Assembly (NCBI GenBank): GCA_907165135.1
Contig: OU015567.1
Location: 2,542,001 to 2,606,000, forward strand
Direction of reading: 5' to 3'
DNA length: 64,000 nt
Source: Oikopleura dioica
Taxonomy: Eukaryota; Animalia; Chordata
The number at the start of each line of letters is the position of its first letter. Positions within the stretch are counted from its first letter, which is position 1. The position numbers were made by a program, and so were the translations under genes. Below the pieces are notes generated by a model. The model worked only from the letters and a program-made list of their open reading frames with translations, did not search any database and was not told the DNA's origin. This document shows, piece after piece, positions 58,891 to 64,000 of this stretch.

Positions 58891-60081
58891 AGAAAAACGT
58901 CTGATATTATTTGTTATAATTTTACATTAAAAGTCAAAATAAGATAACAGATGCTTCCAGAAAGTATACTTATGAAACCATAAGATAATTATTGATTTTA
59001 TCTTTAATGATTTTTATTGATAGTATCTTTATGAAAATAATTTTTAACCTACCGATGACAAACACTTACTTACAATTACTTATACCGTTCGATTTATATC
59101 GTATAAGTAATATCGTTTTATTTATAGTATTTTTTATACCGTTATTACTTCCAAATAATAATTATAAGATCCTGAATAAAGCGTTTGGAAAATTGACAAT
59201 TGCGAGAGAACGAAGCGCCCGTACATCTGCCATCGAAAAATTTAGTTAGTTTGTTTGAAAATAAACTTTGGATTGGAAAATTTTTAAAATGCGACATTGT
59301 CCGATGTTGACGCGATTTGTGTTTTGCGATTCTTGTTTCGCATATTGGGCGGGAGCCCAAGTTTTTTCGAAAATGACGCACCGGAAGTTTTTGGTTATGT
59401 AAACTGAACACGTGTTTTTAAGGGCATCAGGTCAAAAAAGAGCCGTTTTAAGACTCAGTTATCTAATTTGGCCGTAACTGAGGAACATAAGATTAGTTTT
59501 TCTTGTGTTTACTTCTGACTAGTAACGAGCCAAGAGGCAATCTGGAGATGGGTACTGAAAAACACGCGTTCGTCGAAAATGGATTATCTCGAGTTCTCGA
59601 ATTCGAGTAAACACCAGGAAAGCACAACTGCCGCAAAAATTGTTGATAGACCCTAGGAAAGTTTAGGAAGAAAGGAATGCAGGGAACACTCGTCTACGAT
59701 ATTTAAATTTGAATTTATCCCTTTTTTTTGAAAAATAACATCGTAAAAAGAAGCTGAAAACTTCCTTCTATATTATAACCAAACAGCGTTATTCATTCTC
59801 TTCAATAAATTTATCTAAAATAACCTTCGAAAATTCAATTTTAGCCCAAAAAGAGACCACTTTTTGCCTGTATTTGAACAAAAAACGGTGGTGAGAGCTT
59901 TAATTCATTTTTTTTTGTTCAGAAATTGAAATTTAAAGTTAGAAACTTTTGCAAAATTCATCCTGCAATATTTGGCCAGGTTCATTTTGTGAACGCTTTG
60001 TGTTTGTCTGCCGATTATGCGCACTCTGCTAAGCCCGTTCATCAGCGACCGCGTTCAACGAATTGGTCTTGTTTGCTCCTC

Positions 60082-60088
60082 TATAAAA
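60082..60088 (+). promoter_or_regulatory. TATA box of the 7-TM gene
   Basis: TATAAAA about 60 bp upstream of ATG 60145. Confidence 0.5.
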
Positions 60089-60144
60089 CCAACCTGCAAG
60101 TCACCGATTCTCATCCAAAAACTCAAAACTACAAAATAAAAGAG

Positions 60145-61035
60145 ATGAAAACTCCCATGGAAAAGATGCAACGCCTCAAATGGCTTACTCCAGCTCTCTA
60201 CTTGCCACACGGACTTTCCGGCATCATCTGTCTCACCCTCGGCCTTGTGCTGACGATCTGCTCGATCATCGGAAATTTCACGCTAGTCAAAAGCTGGGTC
60301 CTCTATGTTTTCATTTTTTCCGCCCTGGTCAACGCCATTTCCGGAATCATCCTTACCCGCTCCACCGCCGCCCTCGTCAAAATCTGCTACCAGCTTGGAG
60401 CGCTTCTGCAACTCGCATTTGCTTACCTTTGCTTCCGACTTCGACCAGATGAGCTACTCGTCCCCGTTCCCGTTGAATACCGACACATAACTGAGACCGT
60501 TTTTCAATTCGCTGATACCGCCATGTTCGGAACCCTGATGATCTGCAATTGCCTCCTCTTCTGGGCCGGTTGGACCAACATGCGAAGAGATAACAAGCTA
60601 AACAAATGGTGGTTTATCCTCGCCGTCGGCGGAACTTCCATCCTTGTCCTGATTATTTCCGCTTTCCCATTCCAGCTTTGGCAAGGAGGATCAGAATGGA
60701 TCGAGTGCGTCCAAGAACTCTACCCAGCCCAGCGACTGAGCTTCACGAGTTTTGTCTACGTCCCAACAACTTGGATGTTTTCAATGATGTTTTTCGGCAT
60801 TTCGCTTTTGAAAAGAAAAATCATCACTCCAACTCTTTTCGCGATTATCTTTGGCGCTGGAAACTTGTTTATCTTCCTCCTTGTCATTTTGATGCAAGAA
60901 ATTCACCTGCCAAACGTCGCGACTCAGAAAACAATCCTTCCTTGCCCGTTGCCAGAGCCAGATTCGAACTTGGGCCGCGTGGTGGAGATGTTTGATACTT
61001 CAGCGAGTTTACAAGCACTTTTTGAAAAATTCTAA
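60145..61035 (+). CDS. Intronless orphan protein with about 7 TM segments (296 aa)
   Basis: Uninterrupted ORF from ATG 60145; seven hydrophobic segments; more GC-rich than the flanks; AATAAA about 60 nt after the stop. Confidence 0.75.
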   Translation: MKTPMEKMQRLKWLTPALYLPHGLSGIICLTLGLVLTICSIIGNFTLVKSWVLYVFIFSALVNAISGIILTRSTAALVKICYQLGALLQLAFAYLCFRLRPDELLVPVPVEYRHITETVFQFADTAMFGTLMICNCLLFWAGWTNMRRDNKLNKWWFILAVGGTSILVLIISAFPFQLWQGGSEWIECVQELYPAQRLSFTSFVYVPTTWMFSMMFFGISLLKRKIITPTLFAIIFGAGNLFIFLLVILMQEIHLPNVATQKTILPCPLPEPDSNLGRVVEMFDTSASLQALFEKF

Positions 61036-61334
61036 CTACATTTATTTCTCCAGCTCATTTTTATACATGCTCACTATTATGTTTATACTGTCTGTAAATA
61101 AAAAACTTCAAAAATCTTATCGAAACGATGTATTCTGATCTCCTTGTTGATTTAAAATAAGATTGACATTTTGACTTTCCAATTCTTGGAGCGGACAGTA
61201 CTGGTTATGTTTGCTGATGTGGCTCTTCTTTTAGACAAATCTGAAAATTATCAGATCTGATAGTTATGCACTTCTGAGATAAAAAGTCAAGAGTTCAATC
61301 AGTCTTGGATTCATGATCTCAGTTTATGATAGAA

Positions 61335-63139
61335 ATGACACCGAAATGGCAGAAAGTTCTTTTTTTCTTTGCGATTTTAGTGAGTCTTGCTTCGATTGGG
61401 ACAATTTTGAGCTCGCCGTCTTTTTTAAAGAAGAGAGCTTTTGCGCAGGAATTTTGCAAGTGGGTCAGTTTACCAGTTTGAGTTTTAGGTATTTTTAAGG
61501 GATGAAAAATTACAAACTCAATGCCAGGACGTTTGCAAAGTGGAATTTGCTCAATGCCGACTTTTGTGTGAAACAGAATATTGCCAAACCAGATGCAAGG
61601 ATGTTTCTGAAGAATGTTTTGAGAATTGCCCATGCGGTAAGAACTGTGAACAAGGTTGCGAGGAGTGTAGCAATCCGATTTGCGTCGTAATGGATCAAAT
61701 TTATTCTTCGGTTTTCAAATCAACGACAATCCAAATAGCAAGAACAACACTAACGACAACAACGACGAAGGGCGAATCAAGTTCAGCAAAAACAACGACA
61801 ACCCAAGAGATGAAAACAACAACAGCGATCGATGATATTTTTACAAGCTCAGAATCAACGACTTCAACATCAGCGATATCAACAGATGGCCATTATGAGT
61901 ATGAGAGTGAATCAGTGACATCAACATCAAAAACATCAACGATGACAACGACAAAGGAAGAGGAGTTTTCGAGCGAATATCCATCGACAACTACAATAGA
62001 AGTATCAACCACAAGGAAAGTAGATATTAAAAAATCAACTACAGAGGCGACATCAACGATGAAAATAACAACTACAACTACAACTACAACAACTAAAGCT
62101 GATACTACTGCCTCGAATACTTGCGAAAAATATTTTGGCGAACTAACAGGAGAATTACCAGAACAAAATTGCCCGACTTCTGTTACAGGAAAGGATTGCG
62201 ACTGCCCTGCAATCTTCGAAAGACAACAGGACGAAAGTGGAAACTTCATGAAAGCTGATTACGCGACGGCTCATAATCATTGCGAAAGCAAACAAGGTTA
62301 TCTTGCCTTTTTCTTGAATTCGGATGAGTTCGATAATTACAAGGATAATTATCGAGTAAATACAGATCAAGAATACATTGGTTATTGGTCCTGTGATCAT
62401 CAGAATTTCAAGACAGTAGACGGCGATGAAGCTTCTTTTACTGACTGGGACGAAACCGTGCCTAGTTATCAAGGAGAAAACCAATTTTGCGGCGTTCTTC
62501 GACCAAATGGAAAAATGGACAATGCTCGGTGCGACAGAAGACTTGAGTTTTCTTGTCGCTTGCCTCAAGTTTGTCTGTCTACTGACACATGCGAGGAATA
62601 TTTTTGTCATTATGGTAAAATATGCAATGATCAAGTGGGCCACCGAAAATTGGAAAGAAGTGAATGTCCAACTTCTTACAGTGGGGAGAATTGTGAGTGT
62701 GGTCCTGTTTTTGTTCCACAGACAGATGCGGTTGGAAACATTATCAAAGCAGATTACGCTACTGCTAATAAAATTTGCCGTCGCCAAGGCGGCTTCTTGG
62801 CGTTTATTTTGGATCGAAAAGAATACAAAGATTACTTAAGTTCTGTTGATTTCTCGAAGTTTGAAGGTGATGCCTTCAATTATGCCACTGAATACTTCGG
62901 TAAGGAAAAAAGATTATTCAATAAATGATTGTTAAGGCTACCATTCATGTGAGCTTCCAACATTCTACACAGATGCTGGAAAAGAGGCAGAGTGGATACA
63001 TGAGAATTGGAAAGAAGGCGAACCAAATAACCTTCATGGAATTGAATACTGTGTTGTGAATACAAGATGGAAGACATTTAATGATTATAAATGTACTGAA
63101 AATCTCCCCTTTGCCTGCAGATTTTCTAAAAACTGTTAA
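61335..63139 (+). CDS. Secreted protein: Cys-rich module, Thr/Ser-rich mucin stalk and two C-type lectin domains
   Basis: Signal MTPKWQKVLFFFAILVSLASIG; CPCGKNCEQGCEECSNPIC; poly-T/S stalk; CTLD1 (YIGY..W..C..RC...FSC); CTLD2 with EPN and FND. Confidence 0.85.
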
Positions 63140-63273
63140 TAAAATCAATTCTTTTTGTTAAAATTTCTCATTTAGAATTCACACGAGAACAGATTCGAGG
63201 AAATACAAAGTATTTTGATAGAAGAAAGCTTTATTCATCGCATTATGCATTATTTGATTTATTGTATCAATTA

Positions 63274-64000
63274 TTATTGACAATTTTTGGAAAATCGACA
63301 GGCAAATGGAAGAGATTTATCACAGTAATAATCATTAAACTCTTTCCAATAAGTCATGGCAACACAGTACTCGATCCCATCCCTGTTGTTTGGCTCGCCT
63401 TGTGCCCAAATTTCGTTTATCCACGTCGCCTCGTTTCCATCATCTGTGTAGAATGTAGGAAGCCCACAAGAGTGATAGCCTTAACAATTTTTCAGAGAGA
63501 AAACCTTCTGTTTTACCTAAGTATTCAGTGCCATAAGCAAATGCATCACTCGTGTCACTTTTTGGAAACCAAACAGAACTCGTGTAATCATCGTGTTCCT
63601 TCTGATTCAAAAGAAACGCAAGAAAGCCGCCTTGACGACGGCAAATCTTATTCGCAGTTGCGTAATCTGCTTCGATGAACTTTCCGAACTCGTCTGTTTG
63701 AGGGACAAAAATAGGGCCGCATTCACAATTCTGTCCACTGTAAGAAGTCGGACACTTTGGTTTTTCGGATGTCGAGACGTCATCATTGTGATAACAAATA
63801 TTTCCATAGCGACAAAAGTATTCCTCACAGTTATCTTGAGACAGACAAAGTTGAGGCAGTCGACAAGAGAACTCGTATTCTCTATCGCATGGAACACTGC
63901 TCATTTTTCCATTAGGGAGGAGAGAGATACAAACCTCATTTCCATTGTCATTATTCGGTTCGCCCCAGCCCCAGTTGGTAAACTCCGCTTCGTTCCCATC
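63274..64000 (-). CDS. Inverted paralog of the C-type lectin gene (3' part; continues beyond the window)
   Basis: FSCRLPQLCLS...ADYATANKICRRQGGFLAF...GYHSCGLPTFYTD...GEPNN...EYCV...FNDY.C...PFACRFSKNCQ-stop, closely similar to 62520-63139. Confidence 0.85.

Noticed and set aside
59926-60144. TTG-initiated 73-aa N-terminal extension of the 7-TM ORF
   Set aside because: A eukaryotic gene would use ATG; a TATA box lies inside this stretch about 60 bp before ATG 60145
60145-61035. Microbial rhodopsin/heliorhodopsin or GPCR identity for the 7-TM protein
   Set aside because: No lysine in the predicted TM7 and no class A GPCR motifs
1-64000. Autonomous transposase, reverse transcriptase, CRISPR array, rRNA or prokaryotic operon
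   Set aside because: No DDE, RT, GIY-YIG or Cas motifs seen in any long frame; no identical repeat-spacer array (the CCAAT arrays are degenerate minisatellites); the gene structure is eukaryotic

Overview
Compact, AT-rich, intron-dense eukaryotic (animal) DNA, not a prokaryotic window: no operonic ORF blocks, rRNA or CRISPR. Many introns are about 40-70 nt, AAG acceptors are frequent, and several introns are non-canonical GA-AG. Together with the gene families present, this points to the larvacean tunicate Oikopleura (dioica-like); that is an inference and was not confirmed by a search. Recognisable genes: a choline/ethanolamine phosphotransferase, a trypsin-like S1 protease, a Sulfotransfer_2-type sulfotransferase, an XK-related protein, a 15-EGF protein, a RING/coiled-coil protein, three catalytically dead PLA2-like genes plus an inverted PLA2-like pseudogene, a divergent GT31-like gene, a Cys-rich/kelch-like gene, a tail-to-tail pair of C-type lectin genes and an intronless 7-TM orphan. 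There are two tRNAs (Thr-AGT; Val-TAC with encoded CCA). Three complete non-autonomous DNA transposons have intact TIRs and TSDs, but no transposase or RT was found. The most striking signal is that MITE termini coincide with frame-preserving splice sites. An 824-bp hAT MITE interrupts an apparent coding exon and could be removed as a GC-AG intron leaving exactly 15 nt. A TTAA (Kolobok-type) MITE could be removed seamlessly as a GA-AG intron. A paralog-specific GA-AG intron retains decayed inverted termini. These are candidate introner-like elements. Also present: a Penelope-type minimal hammerhead ribozyme motif, 30-bp-phased CCAAT arrays, and a shuffled Cys-rich N-terminal module shared by three unrelated genes. 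Multi-exon gene models were assembled by eye, so their boundaries are approximate.
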